In this document: in pieces, positions 46,301 through 57,383 of the stretch
Position numbering within the stretch: position 1 is the stretch's first letter
Layout: every line of letters begins with the position of its first letter
NCBI GenBank assembly: GCA_043228905.1
Contig: JBHGNT010000010.1
Span: 11,160,001-11,224,000, forward strand
Origin: Azolla caroliniana
Lineage: Eukaryota; Plantae; Polypodiophyta
Direction: 5' to 3'
DNA: 64,000 nt
Notes under the pieces: model-generated
The model's input: the letters and a program-made list of their open reading frames with translations, nothing else
The model's database searches: none
What the model was told of the DNA's origin: nothing
Made by a program: the position numbers and the translations under genes

Positions 46301-47397
46301 GGCAATGGTACCGGAAGTTCGACTCCTTCATGACGGACGAAGGGTACCACAAAACGCAGTCCGACCACTGCGTGTTTGTGAAGAAGTTCGAAGGAGGAGA
46401 CTCTCTAATACTCCTCCTGTACGTGGACGACATGTTGATCGTCGGACGGGACCAGGGCAAGATACGGATGCTGAAGAAAGCACTTCACCGAACCTTCTCA
46501 ATGAAGGACCTGGGTCCGGCGAGGCAAATACTAGGGATGCATATCATCCGGGACCGGAAGAAGAAGCAGTTGTGGCTGTCACAGGAGAAGTACGTAACAA
46601 AGGTGCTTCACCGGTTCAACATGTCGGAAGCAAGACCGGTCGGATCAACCCTCCCGGCAAACTGCAAGCTGTCCAGCAAGCAAAGCCCCAAGACAAAGGC
46701 TAATAAAGAGGACATGATGAAAGTACCATATGCCTCTGCCGTCGGAAGCTTGATGTACGCAATGGTGTGTACAAGACCGGACATAGGATATGCAGTTGGA
46801 GTGGTGAGCCGGTACATGAGCAATCCCGGCAAAGAACACTGGAACGCGGTCAAGTGGATACTCCGATACCTGAAGGGCACGGCAAACGTATGCCTCCGAT
46901 TCGGCTCCGGTAAGCCCGAACTCGACGGCTTTACCGATTCGGATATGTCGGCTGATGCAGATACCAGCCGGTCCACATCAGGGTATGTGATGACGTATGC
47001 AGGGGGAGCTGTTTCGTGGCAGTCGAGGCTGCAGAAGACGGTTGCGTTGTCAACCACGGAGGCGGAGTACATGGCGGCTGTTGAAGCCGGCAAGGAAATA
47101 ATATGGATGAAGGACTTCATTAGAGAGCTCGGTATCCGGCAGGAGGAGTACCGACTCTACTGCGACAGTCAGAGTGCCATCCACCTTGCGAAGAATGCGG
47201 CCTATCACTCCCGGACGAAGCACATCCAGCGTAGATACCACTGGATCCGGGAAAGGATAGAAGACAAGGAGTTCGTGCTGACGAAGATCCACACAGACGA
47301 GAACGGGTCGGATATGCTGACCAAGGTTCTCACACCCGACAAGCTGGAAGCATGCCGAAAGAGGATCGGATTGGAGAGACATCCCATGCCGAAGTGA
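43324..47397 (+). CDS. Gag-Pol polyprotein, 1357 aa
   Basis: Gag, CFHCGKPGHFRKNC, WVVDSGAS, LWHKRLCH..CTDC, VHTD/ADNGGE/AERMNR, YVDD, FTDSD..SDMLTK. Confidence 0.97.
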   Translation: MEGGGSGPPGMMVLNSQNYADWKIKMEDLLIVRDLYEPIDNAEIPKGVIESEWKLLNRKAVATIRQYVDVSVLQHVANDTNAYEMWKKLSGLYERKNALNRTSLMRKIVNLKYRDGENMVEHVSTFMGFVNQLAAIKFPLEDAMQAIILMCTLPESWENLVVTLSTSCTEDNLSLQTVKTSILNEEARRRDKEPVSDPKMLLTESDRGRQWNRSPQRREKSGTRSQSRGRPACFHCGKPGHFRKNCRHYRKDNGADDTDSKKSPERNGVYRGATDRRGPDRRGQDRKGTTALAASEEEIMLITEERELNLAGEEMTWVVDSGASFHLTPEKKYFSSYTAGEHGCVRMGNEGTCRIAGIGDVWLMTSTGCKMLLKDVRHVPEVRLNLISAGRLDDEGYTGSIRNGVMKFSNGSLIVARARKVNTLYLMNSRLCPEELNVAADAAGELWHKRLCHMSEKGMKRLAEDNLIPVKHVHLEKCTDCLAGKQNRTSFHSRPPTRRSAPLELVHTDVCQVETKSHGGAQYFVTFIDDHSRKLWTAPLKTKDQVLCVFKELHARVERESGKKLKAIRADNGGEYRGQFAEYCRSKGIRLEFTVPKTPELNGLAERMNRTIMERVRSMLAHAKLPKGFWAEAMSTATYVINRSPSVPLDGDTPQRVWTGKEVSYRHLKVFGCLAYVHVAKDRRGKLDPKTRPCIFLGYGDDEFGYRVWDPVDKKIFRSRDIIFMEDKTLADWESEKKMKSSKSTGEDKLYEEQSRPARDRLALEDPSEDGEETEPAEEDETDTGTGPDPEMDSDEEETEQPVTEAPERRYPLRERRAPRRFPEPEHVLLTDEGEPERFEEAKLDTHSRRWLSAMQEEMDSLHENHTYELVELPKRKRALRNKWVFKLKPGDAENPPRYKARIVVKGFQQKKGVDFDEIFAPVVKMTSIRTVLSIAASMDLEVEQMDVKTAFLHGDLEEEIYMQQPEGFETKGKEHLVCRLKKSLYGLKQAPRQWYRKFDSFMTDEGYHKTQSDHCVFVKKFEGGDSLILLLYVDDMLIVGRDQGKIRMLKKALHRTFSMKDLGPARQILGMHIIRDRKKKQLWLSQEKYVTKVLHRFNMSEARPVGSTLPANCKLSSKQSPKTKANKEDMMKVPYASAVGSLMYAMVCTRPDIGYAVGVVSRYMSNPGKEHWNAVKWILRYLKGTANVCLRFGSGKPELDGFTDSDMSADADTSRSTSGYVMTYAGGAVSWQSRLQKTVALSTTEAEYMAAVEAGKEIIWMKDFIRELGIRQEEYRLYCDSQSAIHLAKNAAYHSRTKHIQRRYHWIRERIEDKEFVLTKIHTDENGSDMLTKVLTPDKLEACRKRIGLERHPMPK

Positions 47398-47407
47398 AGG
47401 GGGAGTT

Positions 47408-48092
47408 TGTTGGGATATCGGTCCCTCCGGATGGGATGTCCGGAGATGAATGACGGCAAGCCCGGTTACGGTTACGGAACCGGATGAAGATACAGGCCCG
47501 GTGAGAGTGCTCACCGGATGTGAAGAGTACCCGGTATGAAGCCGGATGAAAAGACCCCGGCTACGGAGCCGGATGATGAAGACCCCGGCTACGGAGCCGG
47601 ATGACGAATGTACCCGGAGAGAGATCCGGATGCGGGACATATTTGTGAATATGTTTGCCAAGGGCCCTTAAGGCTATATTTGTAAATAGCCCGAAAGTCA
47701 TATGTGTATAAATATGACTTAGGGCAAACAGTTTGTTGTTGTTGCTCATTTTTCTGTGTATCGCCACTCTTATGTGTGCAAGAGAGTGAAGAGAGCAGCC
47801 GAGAGAGAGAGAGAGAGAGAGAGAGACGAAGAGGTCGTTGCCTCTGTGTATTACCGCCGCCTGTGTCGAAGACAATGAGCTCGAGGTCGTTGCCTTGTAG
47901 CTTCACCATTGTACATCTCTGTTTATAGTGATAGTTGGAGTTTGAGGACTCCCGTGGTTTTTCCCCATTTAGGGTTTTCCACGTAAAACATCCAGTGTAC
48001 CTTTCTCTCTATTGTCCTCGTGCACTTCGTATTTCCTGTTTTCTGTGAGTTGATCCTATTCCTCGGTTGTGGCCGAGCACTGTTTTTCAACA
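47408..48092 (+). repeat. 3' LTR (685 bp)
   Basis: Differs from the 5' LTR by one extra 28-bp unit and one substitution that I could see. Confidence 0.97.
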
Positions 48093-49501
48093 TAAACATC
48101 CTCCCGTCTTTGTGCCCTTGTGCAATGACTTCGCCCTCATCCTCAATTCGAGGTGCGTAAACCGCACCTGCATCCCCTGGTCGACAATCTGACCGACGGA
48201 CACCAAGTTCTTCGTGATTGTCGGAACGTGTAATACGTTCATCAGCTTCCCTTTCTGTCCGACGTGGCTTAGAGGGACTTCTCCGACGTGCATGATTGGG
48301 TGAGGAGTGTCATCTCCGGTTTCGACTACTCCTGGTTGATCCGGTTTCTCCAGAAAGGAGAACCACTCTTTCTGGCTCGTCATGTGGTTCGACGTGCCGG
48401 AATCAACATACCACACTTCCTCCATTTTGGAAGTGGTCTTCTTCATTGAGTTTGCCTTGTGATTCATCACCAAGGCTGGCCCCTTACCGGCCTTTCCGGT
48501 TCCGGATCCTCCTTATCCGTTTGCGTAGTGCGAGTTTTGCCGGCCATCCTTACCGGTCTTGCCGGATCCGGATTTGTCCGAATCGGCACGCTTTCTCCAG
48601 CACTCGCTTTCCCTGTGGCCTTTTCTGCCACAGTACCAACATTCCGTAGCGGATTTGTCTTGCCGGCCTCCGGCACCGCCTTGACTCCCCCTGCTTGTGG
48701 AAGTCCCGGAACTGCTGTCGGCACGCTCATAGTGCCTCTATTCCTGCTCTTGCCGGCCACCTCCACTGCGTGCCGACCCACCTCTTCCACCATGCCCATG
48801 GAGCCGATCCGTTCCCATGTACAACATTCGGCTGTCCAGGGATGCACTGGTAGATGCACCGGCGTGGTTCTCCTCTACAAGGAGCATCGACTGTAAGTCG
48901 AAGAATGAGGGGGTATTCTCCCTTGTACACACCGTAGTCCGGAACGCTCCGAACTTGGACGCCAGGCCTCTGAGACATACCTGCACCATCTCGTCTTCCT
49001 CTACGGTAACATTGATAGAGGCGAGCGAGTCGCAGATCTCCTTTATCCGGCCTGTGTAGTCTGCCACGGACATGTTCTTCTGTCGAACATTGCTTCCGGG
49101 CAGTGGTGCTTACGGCGAAAACCTTTTTCAGGTTCCCCCAAGCATCGTTCGGTGTCTTGGCTTCACGGATGTGGCTGAGCAGCTGATCGCCGACACTGGA
49201 CGCGAAGCAGTACATCACCCTGCTTGCCGCCTGTTCCCATACCGGGAAGTCCTTGTGTGTCGAGTCGGGCGCCGCATCATTCGCTCCTTCGATATAACTC
49301 CAGTACCCGTGTCCAAGCAGGTACTGGTGCATCTTGTAAGACTAGGATGCGTAGTTGCTCCTGTCAAGCTTCTCCACCGGGAGCGACGTAGCCATGCCTC
49401 TATCCATGTCTTCTACTATGTCTGTTTTCGACCTGTTAGGGTTTTCTTCTCAAGAGTAAATGTCTGCAGCAGAGGTTCTCAACCCTCGCGCTCTGACACC
49501 A

Positions 49502-49906
49502 TGAAAACGTGAGTGTTTGCGGAAGCGTAAAACAGAGAACAACAGAGAGAGAGAGAGACAGACAGAGACAGAGAGAGCAGAACGTAATTTCAAAATTATT
49601 TTCAGACTCTGTATACACACTGTGCTAAGTAGCACTATTTATACAAGTCCTCTTGGGACTGATAGAAGTACCATGTACTTCAATGCTCACACGAGCATCC
49701 GACACTTACTACGAGACTATAGCTACCTAGTAGTCTATCCTATACTAGGCTTCCGATTGGACTTCCGGTTACGGATTGCACCCAGCCTCCACTGCTTGCC
49801 GGTTCGGTTGCTCACCGTCATACCGATCTGTTTCGCCCGATCCGTCTCGCTTACCAGCTCCGGCTTATTCAGCCGATCCGGCTCTGGTTGAGCTTGCCGC
49901 TCAACA
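49502..49906 (-). repeat. 5' LTR of copia B3
   Basis: Direct repeat of 38539-38937. Confidence 0.95.
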
Positions 49907-50420
49907 GGACTCACTTCCTCAATAATCTCATGAGACAATGCATCACATCGTCGTCTACGGCCTAACCCCAACCACTTAAATTTGATTGTATATTTGTCTG
50001 ATGCTTCCTCAAGTTCCTTCTTTGGATACCAAGTGCTAAGGCAACTTTAGTATCACTATATTTTTTTTTCGTTGTACCATTTACAACCATGTGAAGGGTT
50101 GCTCTCTTTACACCAAGCTTATCTATGCTCTCTACCCCTTTCACTAAGTGTAGGGATGACTTCATACACTCTACAATTTCCTCTAAAACACATTGGTCCC
50201 TAAACTTAATATTCTCCATGTCTTCATTCAAAAGTTGATGGTGCAACACTCTAGATATAATATCCCTACGATCCCTCAAGCTAAATCTCTCAATTACTTC
50301 TAGTAAATAACGGACTATGTGAAGAACCACCCGTCTCTTGCTCCTCTTAGACATAGATTTGCTAAGGGACACCTCTCTCTCCTCATCGACGACCATTGTC
50401 ACTCTCATATATTCCAGCAC
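49907..50420 (-). pseudogene. Sola2-like transposase, N-terminal part
   Basis: ...VALALGIQRRNL...RRRRCDALSHEIIEEVS(P) joins FWAKNTRVS across the ggact TSD; one frameshift. Confidence 0.65.
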
Positions 50421-50499
50421 CTAATTTCTTGTTATTTCAGCACCTAATTAATCAGAATAAGTGCTTAATACAACGTAAAATAAACATAGTTAATACCCC

Positions 50500-51386
50500 A
50501 TGCACTTCTCAAGTTTGTCATACAGACCATACTTTCTTAAGCGTTCAAGTACTTTCCGGACATGTATATCATGCTCTTCCTGTTTTTTCGAGTAAATCAA
50601 TAGATCATCTGAATAGATGATGAGAAAGATATCCAGAAAATCTCGAAAAATGTCATTTGCCATATGTTGGAAAACTGCAATTGCATTTGTGAGCCCAAAA
50701 GGCATGACTGTATACTCAAAATGAAACCGAGTACGAAATGAAGTTTTCCACTCAATTCGAACTAGATTATATGCACCCCTTAAATCGATTTTTGTAAAAT
50801 GCTTTGCCCCACCAATGCGCTCTAAAAGACTGGAGATTAAAGGTAGATCATACCTATTTCTTATAGTGACTTTATTTAATCCCCCATAATCCACGACCAA
50901 ACGAAGCGAACTGTCTTTTTTCTTCACAAAAAATATGGGAGCACCAGCTGGAGACTTTGAATGTCGAATGAACCCATGGGCAAGATTCTCCTCGATGTAT
51001 TCTCGAAGAACCTCAAGCTCATTTGGTGATAGATTGTAGATCAGACCCCACGGTGGCTCTTTTCCTGGTTGAAGATCAATGGGACAGTCGTACGGCTGAT
51101 GCTTTGGAAGTACACTAGCTTTGACTTTATCAAAGACATCAGTATATTCTTGATATTTTTTGGGAATTTGGATGTCTGAATTCCCTTGAGTGGCACTAGA
51201 AGGTGTCATTGGTACTACAAATAAGAAAAGTTCCTCCTTTCCTCCCACTTGGGACAATTGTTATAATGTAATGGTTAAGATTTGATGAAAAGGAGATAGT
51301 GTAGTGGTAAAACTATATTCTTTAAGGGAAGAGGCTTGGGTTCGATCCTTAACAATGATGTTTTCTGATGAAGGGCACCAAATTTC
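50500..51386 (-). pseudogene. Tcn1-like RT fragment (same family as 14850)
   Basis: High similarity to 16975-17872 ([33 protein letters not shown]). Confidence 0.92.
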
Positions 51387-51720
51387 TATCAGAACCAAGA
51401 ACCAAGACAGAAGAAAGATATAAAGAGATCACAATAGAGAGGAATGAAATGATAAGAGAAAAATGAATGTATTAAAGTAGAATGAGAATGGATACAAGAT
51501 AGGCGATGAATAGCCTAGAGATTTCTAGAATGTTCTAGACCTAGAATATTCTAAGATGTTCTAGGATATTCTAGAATGTTCTAGAGTATTTACAGTAATC
51601 AGTGTATTACAAGAAGTAGCTTTTATTATCTTATATGATCATAGGCTATCTTAATGGTTAGGCTTTTGATTATGTATTACAAGGTCTTGGGTTCAAGCTC
51701 AAGTGATGCCATGATCTGTT
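51387..51720 (-). repeat. Diverged Tcn1-like LTR with internal deletion
   Basis: TTCTAGAA array, tRNA-like cassette and CT-rich U5 are homologous to 14850-15293; TATA/R segment missing. Confidence 0.82.
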
Positions 51721-53829
51721 TATGTACAGAGAACATATTATTTTTTAATTGAGTTTTCTAGGAACATTACATTTGTAGCCTTGGAAGAGACATCACATTA
51801 GGCACACTAACATAATCTCATGCTTACTAGTGCAACCTTGGAAGATATTATTTCTATCTAATTATCCATATAATTGTTTTATGAATGACATGCTGGAAGA
51901 TTAAATAATATTTTATTTTGAATGGAAATTGTGATGCAAAAACTTTAATAGCTATGGATCGGGACTTGGTGATTTCCTTCAACAAATTGGATATTTTGTA
52001 TTGAAACACAGTGTCTACTTTATAGAAAGTTTAATTTCATGCATTCTATTCGAGTGGAGAATAACTAGAACACAATTATCGAATATGTACCACATAAATG
52101 ATCGTTGTTATGATGAGCAACTTTTCCGTATAAATTCAAAAGATCAATGAATGAATCATGCAACACCAATGCAATGGGTTGCACTTTCTATTCGGAATGT
52201 GGAATTCGAATTAGGTACTAACACTATTGATATGTAATTCTCCCAAATAAGGATAGTCCTGTCAACTACCTTTCGAAGAAACAGTAACAAGAATCACATG
52301 ATAAATATAGGTGATTTAAAGTATATGTGATTTTGAGTCTAAGAATATTCATGGTTGGAAGGGATATTACATAACAATCCGAATCAACCAAGATCCATTT
52401 ATAAAATGTTAAACTGCAGATATTTTGCAAGATATTTGCTTATGCTTACACGTGATATAGTAAATTCCTATCCCCATTAGTTATTGTAATAACAATATAA
52501 GCCTTCTTATTGATTTCAAGGCAAATACAAATATGCATTACAAAAACAAACATTGTTGAAAAATAAGTGTCTAAGCACGATCCTCTTTCTTCTTCTCTTT
52601 GTTTGCATTGATGATGCACCTGTATGCCAATGTGATGACGATGGATTGACCAGACATCTATTATTAACTAATAAAAATCTTTAACTATTTTGCCATAAAG
52701 TATTTTACTAAGAATATTCATATTCATTATTTAGCTTAATATCCTACATGCACATTGACGCATAATTAATTATTTATTGCTATGATGGGATAAAATGACC
52801 AAGTATGTATTGTGACTTATGAACATCACACAATATCAAACTATTATAGGTTGTGAAGGTTCGTCATAAGTCTTCACATCATGGTTATTCTTGTATGGAT
52901 CACCATTCACAAATTTGAGAGTTGTGATATGAACCTTTAAATGAGTCTTTTCCTTACCACAAAACATAAAGAAATATGAAATTTCCATAGCACAATCAAG
53001 TTTATTTTAGCATGTTGTTAATTACCATAAGGAACTTTTCTTATCAAAAGATTTTGCATTGGTTGAGTTTGGCCATCACTCCATAGTTATTTTTGGTATA
53101 CTTCTTTCCTTCTACCAAGTTTTGTCTAATAACAATAATGAATCGAATGATAATGCACAATGATTTCATGAGCTAAGAAAATCAAAGAATTCATCCTAAA
53201 GTCTTGTAGACAAATATCATGAGTTGAAACTAGAAATGACATATAACAACTAAGTAGTTTGCCAACTACTTTTAAAACATAGTAAATAAATGAAAGTGAG
53301 CAACTTCAGGGCAACTATATCTTATGACATGCCTATGATGCTTGACATAGTAGCAAAGGCCCTTAACAAAATATTGGGCCTTCTGATGACACCTTAGTTG
53401 AAGAGAGGTTTAATAAGGATTTTATAAGTTCCTATAGCTGGGACTCTTAGATCACATTACCAATTTAACTACAATTGTAAGACTTACAAAACGAACACAT
53501 GACATAATATTATAGGTCGATAGGAAAATAGGAAAATATAAGTCTCATTCTAGTGCGATGGAGTAGCCAACAAGGAGTGTCCCATGCCACTAGCCCACAT
53601 CACACTAGTGTGTGGGCATCGTTTGTCCCAAAAATAATGATAATCCTATGAATAATATGGTCCAAGAGTTCTATTAATATGATTTCTCATTAACTTCCTT
53701 ATCAATATTTGAAGACATCCATTGTCTAGTTATAGATCATTTCAAAAGAGGTCAAATTGCAAGACATTATCCACATGTCATGACATGTAGTGTAGGTATG
53801 ATGCCAGAGGATCAAGCATACTCACAACA

Positions 53830-55600
53830 AGTCTAGTTGTTTGTGTGTGAGAGGAAAGATGGATAGATAACAATACACATACCAAACATAAATGTATGAA
53901 CAAAGTTTGACGTAATTATACAAGGACAAACAACTAACCAACTATATAACCCAACTAAAAACGAACACTTGATCCATACTACATATATGAGAAGGTCTTA
54001 GTTTATAAAAAATTCTATGCATACTTCACATAAGATTCTAATGTAGTTTTTTTATACTGAGAGAGTGACTGGAATAGTTCAAAGTATCCACTACATTTAA
54101 TATAAAATGTATCTCCTTTTACACCTAGAGCAAGAGTCAACTCTTCAGCACACAATCTCTAATGAACTATGTTGTTGAGCTTGTATCCCAACACACCCCC
54201 TTCAAGCTCAACAATGACATACCATCATGGGACCAAGAGTTTGGATTCCTAGATACCATCATATATCGTTCTATACTCCTCCTAAAGGTTAGTGGAACAA
54301 GTGGATGGGGCCAAGTGTAATAAAAATAAATTGAGCTTGTCTACTTCCAAGTGCTTTAGTGAAGATATCCATCTTCTAATTATCAATGCAAATGTGGTGG
54401 AGTTAGGACATGTTGCCACATTTCAATGTCATAAGGGTCTTACATCTCTTCATGCATGACCTCTAACCATTGAGGGTCTGAATCCACTTCTATGAAGCTT
54501 TCTAACAGAATGTTGCATCGCGTAATCATTATATTGCATGGTAAGCACACAACTCAGCTATCTAGACACAAATTATTAAGAGTCTATTACTAATCAATAG
54601 ACCAAATTAAAGTGAAAACAAGGTAAATAAATTGGATAGAAGAACCCGTTCCACCCCCGAGCTATGATCTAGACATAGCCAACCTACCACTAACGTCACA
54701 TACTGCCAGATATTAGGATGACTAATACCTTGGAAGAGATTGACACTATCGTCATTACGAAAGCCTAGAACGCACCATCGATGTCTACAACAACAACCTT
54801 ATGACATAATGTGCGTATGAGGGTAGCTAAGTCCCATACATATTTATAACTCTTCCTAAGGTCCTTGAATAGATGTGTCTTTCTAAAAGACTCTCCATTC
54901 AATGCTTGTCAAGGCCATGGTAGTGCATGCACCTGTCATTCCTTCTATCCCATCACATTAGTCCCTTTTTAACATTAGTGAACATACCCTTCACTTATGT
55001 AAATATTAGTGACCTACCCTCACCTACATTATGTGTACATAACACAAATCTTGAGTAATGAGCACTTTCCTCATTCTCAAACATATTTGCCTTCTTTTCG
55101 TTGGAACTAGCAAGATTCAGATGAGCTCTTCAATTGAGTGTTTTGCACCAATCACGCAATCCATCAAAGCAGCACAATTGCCTTTCCCACGTCATGTCAA
55201 TTGAGGGAACCATCAAGGGAGCAACGAACAATGTCATTGAGCTCCAAAGTTTCATCTTCCATTACCAATTAGACATAAACTGAGTGTTGCCAGAAATTAT
55301 TTTAGCGTCTTTGCTCCAAGCATTTTGATGAAGATATCCACCATGGAATGACCATGTGGGCATGACAAAGTCAGAATGAGATCCCACATTCTCTTGTCAT
55401 AGAGAGCCTGCAACTCCACATACATGGCCTCCTCTCATTGAGGATTGCAAGGTACTTCTACAAAGCTTTCCAACTCGAGGATGACTACTACATTCATCAA
55501 GAAGAAGAGTCGGTGCACCATGTAATCATTATATGTGAACTGTGTGATTAGATTCTTCTCTAGGTTGAGCCAAGTGTTCATTCATAGGGGTTTCTTAACA
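53830..55600 (-). mobile_element. Highly degenerate copia remnant
   Basis: PPT/LTR junction tgttgagcttgtatcccaacacacccccttcaagctcaac (54173-54213); decayed DIFTKAL and RT-like stretches; boundaries approximate. Confidence 0.6.
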
Positions 55601-56089
55601 CAAAATATTGGCCAAAATGGAAATACCTTGTTTTAGGTGAAGTTGGGAATGTGAGACTTAACAAATAAATTTATAGTAGAAAAGCAATGACTTGTCTTGG
55701 AAGGGGGAACATGCTCCATGCAAACTAAAGTAAAATATCTAAAAACTACAAATGGAGATTTAGAATTTTTAGGTAGTAGACTTCATCATCCATCATCCAA
55801 CCTTAGGGATGACCACATATGGAGAAGAACCAAAATAAAAAGAAGTCAGAACGTGGATATTGGATCACTAGAGGTATCATCCCTTAGAGAGAAGTCATTT
55901 GCTCAAGGTAGTCCCTACAGTGAGTGATTTAATATGTCTTAAGTAAATTATGTCCCATGGTCTCCCTCTTTGCTTCCAAAAAAATGAGGAGACAAGACTT
56001 GTGTTTTCCAAAGGACTAGATTTCTTGATTGCAACCAAGAGACCTACTTCTTGTGGTGGTGATGGAGACACATTGGTTTGTTTCTATAC

Positions 56090-56527
56090 TATTGAGAAGC
56101 AAGCCCAACATGGGTTGGATCAGCTGGATAAGCTGAAAGCCGGATCGGATGAAGACCGGTGGCTAGGCCCAGATCGGATCAGAGAGTCGGATCGGAGAAC
56201 CGGATCCGCAGGGAGCCGGTAGGCTGTTAGAGGCCTACGCTTCTCGATTAGTAGGTAGTTATATTTTTAGGAGTTAGTGTTAGTAGCTCAGTTATGAGCA
56301 TTGAAGTACTTGTCAGTACTTCTGACCGTCCTTTAAGGACTTGTGCTCTCTGAGTACAATTGTATGTACAGAGAACATATTATTTTGAATCTGAGTTTTT
56401 TGTCTTCTGCTCTCTCTGTCTCTCCCACGTACTGTTTTTTTTTTCTCCATTGATTCTCTGTGTTTTCTGTTTTTGTTCAACTGAGCCGGTTGTGCTTGGT
56501 CTAAGCTTCCGCACTTAAATCTTTACA
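56090..56527 (+). mobile_element. Copia family-B solo LTR
   Basis: TATTGAGAAGCAAGCCCAAC...CTTCCGCAC..CTTTACA; TSD tatac/tgtac. Confidence 0.8.
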
Positions 56528-56589
56528 TGTACTAATTTCTCCATGTTCAAACTCTTTGTGTTTTTTGGTGGTTAGCAACTAATCACTCT

Positions 56590-56803
56590 TGTTGGGCGAG
56601 CAAGCTCAACTTGGGCTGGATCAGGTGAAGAAACCGAGAACCGCATTAGACCGATCTATCCTAGGCAGGCCGTTTGGACCGATATTCCTCGTAGGAATAA
56701 TTTTGGGAGTTAGTGTAAGATGCTCATTTAATGAGCACTCAAGTATGCATCAATACTTGTCAGCACATTGTCAGGGCTTGTATTTAAAGTGCTCTCTGAG
56801 CAC
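56590..56803 (+). repeat. Truncated copia LTR (B1-like U3)
   Basis: TGTTGGGCGAGCAAGCTCAAC...; aligns with the reverse complement of 26765-27047. Confidence 0.75.
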
Positions 56804-57383
56804 ATTAATATAATCTGAATTAAGGTACCCAAAATTAGTAAAAAATCCTATATAGCATTCTCTTATAAGATCAAAGTAACAAGAGAAAAATTCAAGATCA
56901 TGTGGTTGCGCATGATCTTTATCTTCCATGAATTGTAGACAAAACGAAAGAGAGCTGAGAAAAGAAGAAGAAGAAGAAGACATTAGACAGTTTTTTTGGT
57001 GTGAACTTATCATATATCCTTAATTACTCACCCAAAAAACGCTTGCTACAAAAAACAAGAAGCAAAAGCATTCCATATGTGGCCAATCTTTTTGACTCAC
57101 TATGGACGACAAGGAAAAAGTTCTCTTCACAAAACCAAAAAAGCAGGTCTCTATTTTCCCCTGACAGAGGTGGGGATGGAGAGAGATCAAGCTAGGGCTA
57201 GGCCTAGGGTTGGTTCCTCTTTTGTACAACCAAAAATACGATACAAAAAGCTCTCTATCATACATATCCATGATGGGGTGGTGACTGTTGAACCACATGG
57301 CTATGGTTGGATTTACCCTAATCATGGCCAGATGAACTGGATCCATTTTCTAATACTTCACAACCATAGTATTAACAAGCGTA

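Larger units (their letters stand above)
42636..48092 (+). mobile_element. Intact young Ty1/copia element (Tnt1-like, Tork/TAR group)
   Basis: LTRs 42636-43292 and 47408-48092; perfect TSD taaac; PBS TGGTATCAGAGC 43296-43307; PPT GAAGGGGGAG 47396-47405; uninterrupted ORF. Confidence 0.98.
38539..49906 (-). mobile_element. Ty1/copia B3, full-length, degenerate
   Basis: LTRs 49502-49906 and 38539-38937 are near-identical; perfect TSD ggact; PBS rc TGGTGTCAGAGC; PPT 38938-38952; gag-pol fragments. Confidence 0.96.

Noticed and set aside
51730-53830. Possible decayed DNA transposon
   Set aside because: No ORF, TIR or motif I could identify; left unannotated.
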